Shown one piece after another: positions 35,785 through 47,060 of a stretch of DNA of 64,000 nucleotides; position 1 is the stretch's first letter, and each line of letters opens with the position of its first letter. Where the stretch lies: assembly GCF_000143415.4 (NCBI RefSeq), contig NW_003314386.1, forward strand, positions 367,579-431,578, read 5' to 3'. The DNA is from Selaginella moellendorffii (Eukaryota; Plantae; Lycopodiophyta). A program made the position numbers and the translations under genes. The notes under the pieces are model-generated. The model was not told the DNA's origin. It saw only the letters and a list, made by a program, of their open reading frames with translations, and searched no databases.

Positions 35785-37860
35785 TACGATGCTACGCAGC
35801 TGATGGGAAGTTGGATCAAGCCCAGAGAATGTTTCATCGAATGCCCGAGAAGACTGTAGTGGCATGGACTGTGATGGTTACCGCATTTACCCAGAAAGGA
35901 ATTTGGATAGAAAAAAAGCGTTGTTTGGAGAGAAATCCTGTTTCTTGGGGTGCTCTAATGCAGCGCACGACCGGCTGGAAGAAGCGAAGCGTTTTTTTGA
36001 TGCGATGGAGAACCCAAAAATTCACGTCTACACTGCGATGATCACTGCGTATGCCAAAGCTGGAGAAATTGAAAATGCCGAGAGGACTCTCATGCCTGAG
36101 AAGGACGTGGTCGCTCAAACTACAATGCTGCAAGCGTTTGCGCACAAGGTCTTGTCGAGAAGACAAGGAATATCTTTTATTTAATCCTTGATAAGGATGA
36201 AATGGCTTGGAACGCTATGATCACTGCATATGCCCAAAACGGGCAAGCATTTCGTGCAAAGCAAGTGTTTGATTCCATGCCCACAAAGAGACGAAACATC
36301 GTCACTGGGAACTCGATGCTCTCGGCGTTTAATCTCAATGGCCATCCTCACCAAGCTCTGGAGCTGCTAAAAACCATGCAGCTCGAGAGGATCAAACCAA
36401 ACGAGATAGCTTTCATGCAGCCCCATGGAGACGACGAAGAGATGCGCTGGTGGCAGATGATGGACAGTCCACAGCACCAAATCCATCATGAGAGTTCGAT
36501 CGGAGGCCAAACTGGAAGAGAAACAAAAATCACAATGATTGATCCATGAAAATCTAGCAAAGAGAAAAAATCAAGAGAATTTACACGATGGCAAATGGTG
36601 GAGAGAAATCCCAATGCAATCTTGTATGCTCTGAAAGGTTTGAGGATTCAAGCCAGAAGTCTTGGTCTACACCATAGAGCTCTTTGCAAAATTGGAGCGG
36701 GGATCTCAAAATCCCACCACACTGCCACTCTCACCCTGCATCCCACCCACTGCCATACAAGCTCCTGTGATCATCCTCCGCCCAGAGGAGTTCCACGTTC
36801 TTGCCCCAGACTCCTTTTCATGGAAAATCCTGCTCCAAGCTTACATTCACAATCGTCAGCTTCACACGTTTTTTATTCCGTGCCCGGGAAGAATGTAGTG
36901 ACATGGAATGCGATTCTTTTGGCAAATGCCCAAAACTGGCAAATGTACGTCGCAAGGCTTGGGACGTAGTTTGCATGACGCTGCCTTGTTTGCTTCTGTC
37001 ACTGGATTCGCGAAAGCTGGAATGATCAGCGAGGCTAGAAACCAATTTGACAACATGTCCAAGAGAGATTCTGTGTTGTGGAATGCGTTTGAGATTTTCT
37101 CGAAGCAAAGAAGCTGTTCGACAGGATGGAAAGAGATCATCAATCCAGTTTTATGGAACTCTATGATTGTTGCACGACCCCAGTTTGGAGATCTTAATGA
37201 AGCAAGAAAGTTCTTTGCGAGGATGACGCAGAGAGCTTCCGTGTCATGGGGAACACTTACCAACTCATTTGCGCAGCATGGCTGCAGTGATATAGCAAAA
37301 GAAACATTCGTGTTATAGCGTGGACTGCAATGCTCTGACCAGACGCCCAGTGAGGTGAAACCAATCAATTACACAATCTCTTTGATTTAATGCCTCAAAG
37401 AAACCTTGTCTCGTGGACAGTTTTCTTAGCATGGAATGCTATGATCACTGCATATGCCGAAACAGGTATGTACGCAAGGCAAAGTGCTTGTTTGGCACTA
37501 TAGAAGTTCTAAAAGAATTGCATGGTCGGAGCGTAGGGGCAAAATGGACACTTAGGACGACGCTTGGACATTGTTTAGATGCTGTTTACAGCAAACATCA
37601 TGACCAGGAACGTTCTTGTCATGTAGTTTGCCCAGAATCTGTATCCATTCAGCTCTTTAAAGTCTTGAATCTGGAAGGATTCAAGAGTTTCATGGGCCTT
37701 TTGATCGCTTGCTGCCACCTTGGGCTGGTAATCCCTGCTAGAGACTCCTTGGCTCCAATGGTTTCTGAATACAATCTAAGTCCCGAGCAAGATCACTTGC
37801 TTGATTGGTGTTGCAAGAGCTGGGCTCTTGGATGATGCGAAGGAGATTGGTCCATTCACA
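35785..37860 (+). pseudogene. PLS/E-class PPR remnants
   Basis: VAWTVMVTAF, AWNAMITAYAQNG, IKPNEIAF, LLIACCHLGLV..MVSEYNLSPEQDH; many stops. Confidence 0.8.
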
Positions 37861-38369
37861 CATCCTAACTTAAATTTATATATTGCCTTAAAGTTATGGT
37901 TATTTCGCATTTAATCCTTACTTTCGTACATATAACTTACCTTAAATCAAATTTATGTTAAAAACACGTCTATTTCACACATCTTAGACAAAACGTAGAA
38001 GAAAGAACAATGTCCAGTTCAGCCCATGAGTGCTGGTATCTCAAACGATCCATCAAAACCTCCTCTTTGAAAAGTTTCTTCTTTGTTTCTTGGTCTAATC
38101 ATCATCCATTTATGGCGAGCGATGACAGTTCATACACCATGCTTTTGAGCCTTACATTTTTCAACACAGCCGATATTCACCAATGTTAGAGATGGATACA
38201 CTTTAAGCTAAGAGTTTGATCTCCAGACAAGCAGCGAACTTAAAGAAGAACTGGATTGAAAAAAGGTTAGCCTGAGAACTCCCTTGTCTTCTCGAATTGC
38301 TGGCAGTCATGATGAAGATGCTTCCAAACGAGAGGGCCGAGCCACGATCACGCTCGCCTAGCCATGAGG

Positions 38370-38712
38370 CAGGCAAGGTTCCTTTCCTCTGGGTGATACG
38401 ATCAAACTTTGCTCTAGGAGTTCTACAAAAGTTTCTAGAGGATTGTTCGTGAGGTGGGAGCCGCAGCTAGAGATCACGCAGTACGCATCAACAGGGGGAT
38501 GGAACTCCATGCTCGAGAGCTTGGCGTGTGGAGTGCCAATGCTGGGGTGGCCATCTATGTTCGAGCAAAACCGAATGCCAAGCTGGTGCTGGAGGGAATA
38601 GCATTCTCGAGATCTGGAGGGAAGGATGGATTTGCGCCGAGAGAAGAGGTGGAAGAGAAAGTGAGGGCGATCATGGAGGGAGAGCAAGGCAGGAAATTGA
38701 AGGCTGCTTCTC
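38370..38712 (+). pseudogene. UGT C-terminal fragment (inverted duplicate of 35455-35765)
   Basis: GWNSMLESLACGVPMLGWP, REEVEEKVRAIMEGEQG. Confidence 0.8.
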
Positions 38713-38794
38713 CCCGCGATGCTTACAGCATATTCCCAGAACGGGTATGCTTAAGAATTGAAGCTTCTCTTTGATACCATGGACGAGAGAGATG

Positions 38795-39420
38795 TGATCT
38801 CTTCGCAATGTTAGAGGTGTATGCCAAAAACGATTGTTTGATAGACGCCGATAATGTTTTTGCAAGAATGCCCAGATAGATTGTAGTTACCTGGACTGCT
38901 ATGATTAACGCAAATGCCCAAGCGGGGGATTTGCAAAAAGCGAGAGAGATCTTCGCAGAGAAGAATCTAGTGTCGTGGAACACTCTCATTGTGGGATTTG
39001 CTCACAATGGATCGATCGAGGAGGAGATATTGTGTCTGTGAGTTCTCTGATCTTCCGCTCACAGCGAGCTTAGCAATGTCGATCGAGCGCAAGCTATCTT
39101 CAATTTCACTCCTCTGGTGAGCACCGCGCTCTGAAACACAATCCTGGTGGACAAGGCCAAGACCATCTTCGGTTGCTAGATGAAGCGGCGGGATCTCATG
39201 TCACGGAAGTCAGTGATCTCATTGTTCTCGCCGACTGGCAATCACGATGAAGCCCAGCAGCTGTTCGATTCAATGCCCGAGCGAGATGTGGTGTCCTGCA
39301 AATTGATTCTCGTGATCTACATGCAGCAGGGGGATCTTGAACAAGTGCAGCACCTGTTCAATTCAATACTGCACCACGATGTGATCTCCTGGAACGCCAT
39401 GAGCACAGGGCTCTCGCAAA
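38795..39420 (+). pseudogene. PPR remnants (partly inverted duplicate of 34620-35050)
   Basis: VTWTAMINANAQAG, NLVSWNTLIVGFAHNG, FDSMPERDVVS. Confidence 0.75.
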
Positions 39421-39439
39421 TCTCTCCCGGGTGGAGAAA

Positions 39440-40420
39440 CTCTTTGGCAAGATCCCCCAGCGTGTTCTCTCCTGAGAACGTCCAAGAGAGCTCTCACCCA
39501 GTAGTTGTTGCAATCAAGTGCCTTCTCCTCGAGCTCCCACTTTCGCCACCTTCTGAATTCTTGTCGGGAGAGTTTGTCACGAGGAGCCTGGTCACAATCA
39601 CTCACTGCTCCATTGTCATAGCTCTAGCCAAACCTAATGATGATGTGGCCAGTGTGAGACTAATTTGATCATCTGCCTCATCTGAAACACTGAAGTATTG
39701 CAAGATCATGAGTGAAAAATACTTATGTGTTGTTGTGACTATGCTGCCATATCCATATGCCATAGCCAATATTGGATTAGTGATTGATAAGTTCTGCTAT
39801 GGCTAAAACCCTAGAACAATAACAGAACAAGATTGCATTGTGAAATGATCGAGATAGAGATCGAGACAGACCCTAAAACTAGGAACAAAACGATTGTTTC
39901 CATCTCCACCTTTGGCTTTAGATCGTCATGCTCCTGAGGAGGAGGAGGAGACGGAGATGGAGCCATAGGCAAAGGTGGAGGTAGAGTGGAAGTCTATTGC
40001 CACAATTTGTGTGTGGCTATGCATCATTCTTTAAAATGTCTGAATCTTAATTGTTCTAATTTAGGCAATTGTTATGTTCCTAATTTTCAATTGTTTCACG
40101 ATGCAACTTGGTTTTGTTATTGTTCTAGGGTTTTGGCCATGGCAGAGCTTGATCAATCACTAATCTAACATCGGCCAAGGCTATCAATATAGCAGTGTAG
40201 TCACAACAACATGTAAGTCTTTCTCACTTGTGATCTCGCAATATTTCAGTGTTTCAAACGATGAATCAGTCTCACAGTAGCTGTATCAAGAATTCATAAG
40301 GTGGTGAAAGTGGGAGCTCAAGGAAAAGGCACTCAATCAGTGCAACAGCTACTGGGTGAGAGCTCTCTTGAACGTTCTCAGGAGAGAACATGCTAGGGGA
40401 TCTTGCCAAACCTCTCCTCA
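39440..40420. repeat. Fold-back (long inverted repeat) element, possible non-autonomous DNA transposon
   Basis: 39655-39845 is the reverse complement of ~40094-40280, and 39440-39560 of ~40290-40410; interior related to 54240-54455. Confidence 0.6.
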
Positions 40421-40429
40421 TGCCTGGAA

Positions 40430-40935
40430 GAACCAGTTTTGGATGAGAACATCTGATGCAGCAAGATATGGAACCATATTCATCATCTTGTTGACAAAAT
40501 CGAACTACGTGCTGCATGCTGTTGTTCTCGACAAGCTCTCGCAACTCTGCTTCAAACTTTGGCTGCCCGACCCAGTCACTTCCCACGATAACAGCAAAAA
40601 TTCCAGCACTAGTTTTTACGGCCTGAGCGAATGCCTTGAGGAAGAGGGCTTGGGAAGGATTTCAATCGAAGCAATGGCATTCAAGCTTCCCATTCTGGTA
40701 ATCTATCGGACCACTGTGCAAATGAATTGTCTGATCAACTTTGCCTTGACAGGGTACTGCTGCCAGTGGAACGACAGAGATCGTCGTAGACGAATCCACT
40801 GGCTCGCTTCACCAAGTTGGCAAGGAAGGTGTTCTCGACTTAGCCTCCAACACTACCAAGCTCTTTCGAGATCCAAATTTGACAGAAGCGCGTCCAGGAG
40901 AGAGCAACACATGTCCGAGAGAATAGCTGCAGCAG
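40430..40935. pseudogene. GT4 glycosyltransferase fragments in opposite orientations
   Basis: (-) VGSDWVGQPKFEAELRELVE; (+) EGLGRISIEAMAFKLPIL|GTAASGTTEIVVDESTGSLHQVGKEGV. Confidence 0.75.
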
Positions 40936-41316
40936 CAGTGACAGACTCTTCCTTTCGATTCGTGCCACAGATATTGGACAGCAGCCCTCCGGACTTATGA
41001 CTGATGCCTTGATCATAATCAAGATCACATTTAAAGTGCTGCTACTTAATTCTATAAAAGGTTATGAGAGAAACTACAACATTTGTCTGCTAGACCTAAG
41101 AAACATTTAAAGCTTGCTCTTCGAATATGCTTCCAGGATTTCTTCTCGATGACGAGAGAACTTTCGAGGCCATGACCAACAGGAACCAAGCTCGGCTATC
41201 TCGCTCTTCCAGTCGATGCAGCTCGAGGGAGAGAGGTCTATCAGATGAGAGCCGACTATCAGATCCAACCTCTTCTACTGCATGAAGGTTTTACAGCGTA
41301 TACTCTGTCTACATAT

Positions 41317-42381
41317 TTACCTGAAACAATACTTCGCCCTCATCCTCCCAAACTGAACACCTTGGCATATGACATGCTTTAACGCTTTATTCCATAGGCC
41401 CGCTATCCTTTGCCCGAGGCTTGGAACATGTTTGGGTAGCGTCACCTTGAGAAGCCCATCACTGAGGTGATATGTTGCCACATCCTGCACGACACCGCGG
41501 GGGAAGTAAAGCCTGCGAGCAAACACTTTGGTGCTCGCTCCGCCCCGCTCTACTCTCACCGCTTCTCCGCCATCATCTTCGTCTCGAGCCACGCCAGTGA
41601 GCTCGAGCACAAAGCCCGACTTGTCCTCCACCCAAGCGATGTCCACGGTGGCCGACTGCGCGCCTGGCATCTCCGCGACGACCACGTACGAGCCTGGACG
41701 ATCCAAGATGTCCACCAATGGGGAGATGGTGACGACGCTTGAGTCGTCACCACAATCATCTGCGTTGTTGGAGGCGAGAGCTTCAGGCCGAATGAGCCGG
41801 GCCGCGTCTGAAATGGTGCACGAGGCCGGAGGAACACGCGCGGCAGGCACCGCAAGGTACTCCTCCTCCACAACTCCCTGTTCTCGCTGCTCTCGCCCTG
41901 TTTGCTCCAGCCCTGGGACAAGCGGCAGCGTCACCCGCAAGAGACCACTGTGAAGCTGGTAGCTTATCCTTTCCGCGTCCACTGCATCGGGGAGCACAAA
42001 CTCTCGCGCAAACATCTTGGTGAAGGCGCCCCGATCCTTGAGGATGCGACGCTCTTTTGCCTCGTGAGAGATCCCAACGATGGAGACGACTCGATGGAAC
42101 TGAGAGCCCGAGACCTCCACCTTGACATCGCTGCTGCTCGTCACGCCCGGCATCTCCAAAAGGATGAGATACGAGTGCGGGAGGCGGCGCACATCTGTGA
42201 GCGTGGCAGCTACAACCGTGTCGGCTATGAAGCACTTGTGCGCGCTCATAGCGTGCTCTACCTCAACCGTGCTGTTGCCGCAGCCGCGCGCCTGGCGGAG
42301 AGAGCAGTAATCACGGCCGCACGCCTGCGCCGCGACAAGCACCAAGAATACCATCGCCGCCCTCGCTGCCGCCAGCGCCAT
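41317..42381 (-). CDS. Signal-peptide tandem double alpha-crystallin-domain protein - copy 3, intact
   Basis: 354 aa, colinear and highly similar to copy 2; TATA and G-box upstream. Confidence 0.9.
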   Translation of the reverse strand: MALAAARAAMVFLVLVAAQACGRDYCSLRQARGCGNSTVEVEHAMSAHKCFIADTVVAATLTDVRRLPHSYLILLEMPGVTSSSDVKVEVSGSQFHRVVSIVGISHEAKERRILKDRGAFTKMFAREFVLPDAVDAERISYQLHSGLLRVTLPLVPGLEQTGREQREQGVVEEEYLAVPAARVPPASCTISDAARLIRPEALASNNADDCGDDSSVVTISPLVDILDRPGSYVVVAEMPGAQSATVDIAWVEDKSGFVLELTGVARDEDDGGEAVRVERGGASTKVFARRLYFPRGVVQDVATYHLSDGLLKVTLPKHVPSLGQRIAGLWNKALKHVICQGVQFGRMRAKYCFR

Positions 42382-42989
42382 TCTTCGCCCTTCTCTGCCC
42401 TAGCACCTGGACCAGGGGACTTATATACAAGAAAAGAAAAGGTATGAGCTCCCACGTGGAAGGATTCGATAGCTCAAGAATTCTGAGAAATGCTCTAATC
42501 AGGAGGTGTTTAGGAAACTTTATTAAAAACATAATTTAAATGAATGCCACCCAAAAGATATACTTAGTGCTATTCCTTTTTTGTAATTTAATTACTCTGG
42601 AATAAACTTGATGTTGCCCTAGAGCCTAGAGATGATCTGCGTGTCTGGAGAGATCCAAACTCTTGAAATTGGAGGCTTCGTAAACTTCTATTGACGTATT
42701 GTTGTCCCAAAGATGACGAGCTCTGAATCCTTGCAAGCTTGGAGCTGAAAATTGAAAATTCCTTGCCGATTTCCTGTGATTGAGCGTGAGAGAGGGAAAG
42801 ATTACACGGAGGAACGCAACCTTTTGCCGGCGATGAGCAGGACGAAGCTTCCAGAGGAAGATCTTCCCAGCACGAATGGCGGGCGTCCATTAGAACAAAT
42901 TGTTCTTCCAAGAAGGAATATGCAAAGATATTTGTCGGAATTTAGGGTTCTAGCGGGGGGTTTGGGCGGGAGGCTGTAGGCGCGAGACG

Positions 42990-43870
42990 ATGGCCGAGCT
43001 CAGCCCGACGGTCGCAGATCTAGATGGCCACAAGAATCTATTCCGGGCTCTCTCCTCAGTCGCCATGCTCGCTTCTCGCTTCGCTCTAGAAATTCTCACT
43101 GCCAAAATGCAGATCCAAGATGGACAAGATCAAGGAGCCTGGCCGGCAGAGCAAGGATCTGGAGGAGCTGCGCCAGTGCAAGAGGTCGGTCTCGCTGCCT
43201 CCTGGCTGTGCTAGCTAGAGACGCTAAAGGATGAATGCAGGCTCATGAAGGAGTTTGATAGACAGATCAAGGAGGAGTCGAAGAACCCAGCGAAGCAGCT
43301 GAATGAAAAGAAGCAGTCACTGGTAAGAGATTTTGCGAGCGATCGATCTCATCGCCTCTTGCAGATCAAGGATCTCGACTCGTATGTGGCCCTGCGCAAA
43401 ACGTGAGCATTCTTTCGCCATGCCGGTGTCGCACAAGTTCTTCCCTTTTTTCCTTGGTTCCACCCAGGTACACGAGCTCGCTGGGGAACAAAAAGGCGGA
43501 GTTGACGGAAGGTGGCAGTGCCGAAGGTGCTCGCACTGACCTCACGGATCCAAATGTCAAACCAGCAACCCATGGACGCTGGGAAGAAAACTATGGACGA
43601 GACGGATCAGAAGATTGAGCGCGTAAAAAAGGTCCGATCGACGCTCAAATGACAAGTTGGCATTCTTTTCTTCCGGGATACACTGGTGGAGGATCCTGTT
43701 TTGCAGCTTGCTACCGGTAGATGCATATTGTTCTTCTTGTTCCTGGGCGCCATTGCCGTGATCGTCGTCAAGGTAAAAGCCATTCTCTTGTTCTATCCAG
43801 GAGCTCTAAATTTTCAATGGCAGGTTGTTGATCCCAAGAAGAAGAACATCTGCGGCCTTCCCGGATTATC
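42990..43870 (+). pseudogene. NPSN: Novel plant SNARE (NPSN) pseudogene
   Basis: MDKIKEPGRQSKDLEEL, LMKEFDRQIKEE, DSYVALRKT, YTSSLGNKK, KKTMDETDQKIER, QLATGRCILFFLFL..VIVVKVVDP; deletions and frameshifts. Confidence 0.8.
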
Positions 43871-44179
43871 TCCCCTCGCGAACACCAGCCAGATTCTTTT
43901 CAACCGGCGGATATGGGAGTTTCTCTTCCTACTGTCCGAGTCCTTATGGCAAAGCAAAGGTCTGTATTATGTCTTATGATGATTGAATCTTATCAAAAAA
44001 TTTGCTGTTTACAGGTGCAGGAGTTATCGTGCTTCTTGTGCTTTTGTCACAAGCTGAAGGGCACTTTGTGTCGCTCGATAATTCCTTCAGTTGCAAGACA
44101 TGTACGAGCTCCGTGGTAATATTCAAGAGTATGGTAATGTGATTATTTGAGATTTTGTTGTAAGTGTTTGTTTTTTCAG

Positions 44180-44860
44180 GCCCACAAGTGACCCAAGCTT
44201 TGGCCGCTATACGAGATTTTGTTGCGGCTGCTAGCGCTGGCGAAAGATTGTTGTTTTACTTTTGTGGACACGGGACTCAATTCCCCGACAGAAACTTGGA
44301 CGAGCTGGATGGAAACGACGAGGCTTTATGCTTCAACGACGGGGTTTGTTGATTTCATCGCTGTTTACAATTTCATTTTCTGTCTTTGTTACAGTACTTG
44401 GTAGATGACATACTTCATAACGTCATGGTCCAGTATCTCCATGAAGGCGTCCACCTGACTGCCATATTCGATTCCTGTCACAGCGGGACTGTGCTTGATC
44501 TTCCATATGGAAACACTGGATCTGGATGGTTTAACGCATCGTCCCAGACGCCGCCAGAGATATTACAAGCCGGAGTGTTTTTCAGAACGAGCGTGGTCTC
44601 AATTTCTGCATGCTTAGACTCTGAGTTATCATATTTTGTAAGTGCAGAGAAAGTTCCACATTTACTAATCTTGTGAAGTTTTCTTTTAGGACGAAGTCAA
44701 TCAGAGGGGCTGGTTCACGAGCAATATGACGCACTACATACAAGAAGGTGCTACAACCTACGGGGCCATTCTAAGTGATATGCAGAATTATCATCCCAAT
44801 TCTACCATGATGATCAGCTCTAGTTTCAAGTTTGACTTGACTAGAACACTTGATCTCTAG
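44180..44860 (+). pseudogene. Metacaspase (type I-like), 5'-truncated; three exons remain open
   Basis: LLFYFCGHGTQ (catalytic His), [26 protein letters not shown] (catalytic Cys), ISACLD, last exon to TAG 44860; N-terminal strand not found. Confidence 0.85.
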
Positions 44861-45427
44861 TTTCAGTGTAAGTATTTCCTTTGACGTGTTTCTCCATCTT
44901 GAGTTCTTTTGATTAGGAACAAGATCTTTTTGGGAATGCAAGCAATGCTGCTTGCAAAGAGCATGTGATTGACGGCGATAAAATACGAGACAAGAAAATT
45001 TTGACTTCAAGAAGGTTCTGGTTTTTCTCATTGATTTGCTTGCAGAAGAGCGAGGAAGCTGCTTGTCTCACCAGACAGTGCCCGGACTCAAGAAAGCACA
45101 GTAGCTACGATCGTTGCCGACTGATTTACCCGAGACGAAAGTATGAAGGGGCTGGACAATGTGCTGGACCAGTGCTTTTCTTCTGGCGAGGTCACTTATT
45201 CCACTCACCGATAAATTGCGATAAGTTTTTTCGAGCAGTGCAAATATTACAACGTAACTTTGTTTTTCTCGCAGGAGGTTGATTTGCTACCTTCTTGATT
45301 AGCGAAGAAAGAATGGAGAGTGGAAAAAGCCGGAGACGAAGTCCACGCTTCCTTCTGAGGATCAGCTCTAAAAGGTGAGAATCTGTTTCTACTTTAACTA
45401 CTAGTTTTTTATGCGTTCTTTTGCAGT

Positions 45428-45525
45428 TCGTACCAGTTGCCAGCCTGAGAGATCCGGAGGATTGTGGACGGTCCTCCCAATCCAGCGCTCTCCTCACCCA
45501 AGCGCGACAGGGTCCTCTTCATCGA
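45428..45525 (+). pseudogene. Fragment of chloroplast glutamyl endopeptidase (S9D)-like gene
   Basis: [29 protein letters not shown] resembles the conserved N-terminal motif of this family. Confidence 0.55.
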
Positions 45526-45584
45526 AAATTCCTGGTACTAAAGTATTTCACACAACTTATATCTGGTACTTGGCTTCCAAAGAT

Positions 45585-46055
45585 TGCTCACATGTCGCAT
45601 GAAATTCGTACTCCAATGAATGCCGTGATTGGCATGGACGCTGAAACGGACATAACGGATGAGCAACGCGAGTATGCTTCTACTACTCGCAGCAGTGGAG
45701 AGGTATTGCTGGGGATTATCAATGTTATCCTTGATTACAGGTAAGAAGCGGATCTAAATTCACGTCATGCTGAGCTTGGTTGCTCTCGTTCTATTGCAGC
45801 AAAATTGAAGCGGGTAACATGGAGCTTGACTTGCAACCTACAGAGATCCTGCAACGTGTTGAAGAATCATTTGATCTTGTCGCGAAGGGTCTTGAGTTGA
45901 CTTAGGATTCTGTTCCTAGCCCTTTGCTCGGGGAGTCGGCTCGAATCCGCCAAATCCTGGTCAGTTACTTCTTGCAGCTTATTCGCATCTGACTCTAATT
46001 CTGCAGGTAAGTCTTCTTAGCAACGCTGTAAAATTCAACGAGAAAGGATACGTCA
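45585..46055 (+). pseudogene. Histidine kinase HisKA/HATPase fragment with introns
   Basis: [39 protein letters not shown]|SKIEAGNMELD..GESARIRQIL|VSLLSNAVKF; in-frame stop and deletions. Confidence 0.85.
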
Positions 46056-46076
46056 CTGCAACCATGATTTTTACAG

Positions 46077-46670
46077 ATCGAAGAACTGATGGAATATCTG
46101 CCTGCCCCAGATTTTCCGACCGGAGGACAAATTTTGGGGCCTCTTTCCTTCGGCCTTACAAGCTATAGTAACTCGCAGGATAGAGGACGCATTAGAACAG
46201 GCCGCGGAAAGATTACAGGTAGAGGCAAAGCAGATCTCGCATCATAAAAAAAAAGTAGAAGTGAGTGAGACCCGTGTCCTCGTTCTCTCAAATAAGTGGG
46301 AACTTACCAACTATGAAATTACTGAGGTTCGACTTGTAATATATTATTAAGATGATGATTTTAGATTTGGCCTTGGTTTTGCAGATTCCAAATAAGTCTA
46401 CTTTGGTTGCGAAGATTGCCGAACTTGTAGCAGCAAGGTGCGCCTCAGGCGTTTCAGATAATATAATATATTATTTTTCTGTGCGTGATTGAGCAGGAAT
46501 GAGGATTGTCATCGAGGTAATTGTGATCAAATGGCTCGGCGTCCTTTGAGTTGGCTGGTTTCTATATGTGCATGCAGCTCAAAAGAGGCCCTGTGGCAGT
46601 TATTGTTCTGAATTATATTGTGTTAGTATTCTTAACAAGGAGCCTGAATTGTTTAGTATCAAGAAATCAA
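46077..46670 (+). pseudogene. gyrA: DNA gyrase subunit A exon fragments
   Basis: IEELMEYLPAPDFPTGGQILG, RTGRGKIT, NKSTLVAKIAELV, GMRIVIE|LKRG, each flanked by splice-site-like AG/GT. Confidence 0.75.
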
Positions 46671-47060
46671 GAACTCCCGGGGGCATCTCCCGGTGCCAAA
46701 CCCCCTCCATGACGAGCACCGGGTACTCCAAGGGAAATCTTCCAGGAACCCCTGCAGCTCGGAAAACACCCGAGCACTCGAGAAGCTCAATCCCAGTGTT
46801 GATCCATCGCCGCCTCCCGTTGATCGATCCTGGCTAACCCGCTCCATATACTCCTCCAGCAAGCGGGGGGGATCGAAGCTGATCACATCTCCAAGGCCAG
46901 TTCGCCAGTGACGAGAATCCCAGGGGGATCGTTGTAGATATATTCATGTACAAAACGTAGTAGCTAACCAGAAAATAAAGGAGGCGATGGTAGAAAGCCA
47001 GAAACTAAAAGGAAAAAAGCTGGCATCGATCGATTCGATCCATCGATGGGAAGAGGAAGC

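Noticed and set aside
41107-41325. Splice fusion of ACD copy 3 to the SKL tail using AG|GTAAAT at its stop
   Set aside because: The nearest acceptors give a ~43-49 nt intron and the wrong frame (immediate TGA)
45585-46670. Bacterial contamination (His kinase and gyrA)
   Set aside because: Both are interrupted by spliceosomal-type introns and contiguous with plant gene fragments; plants have nuclear gyrA
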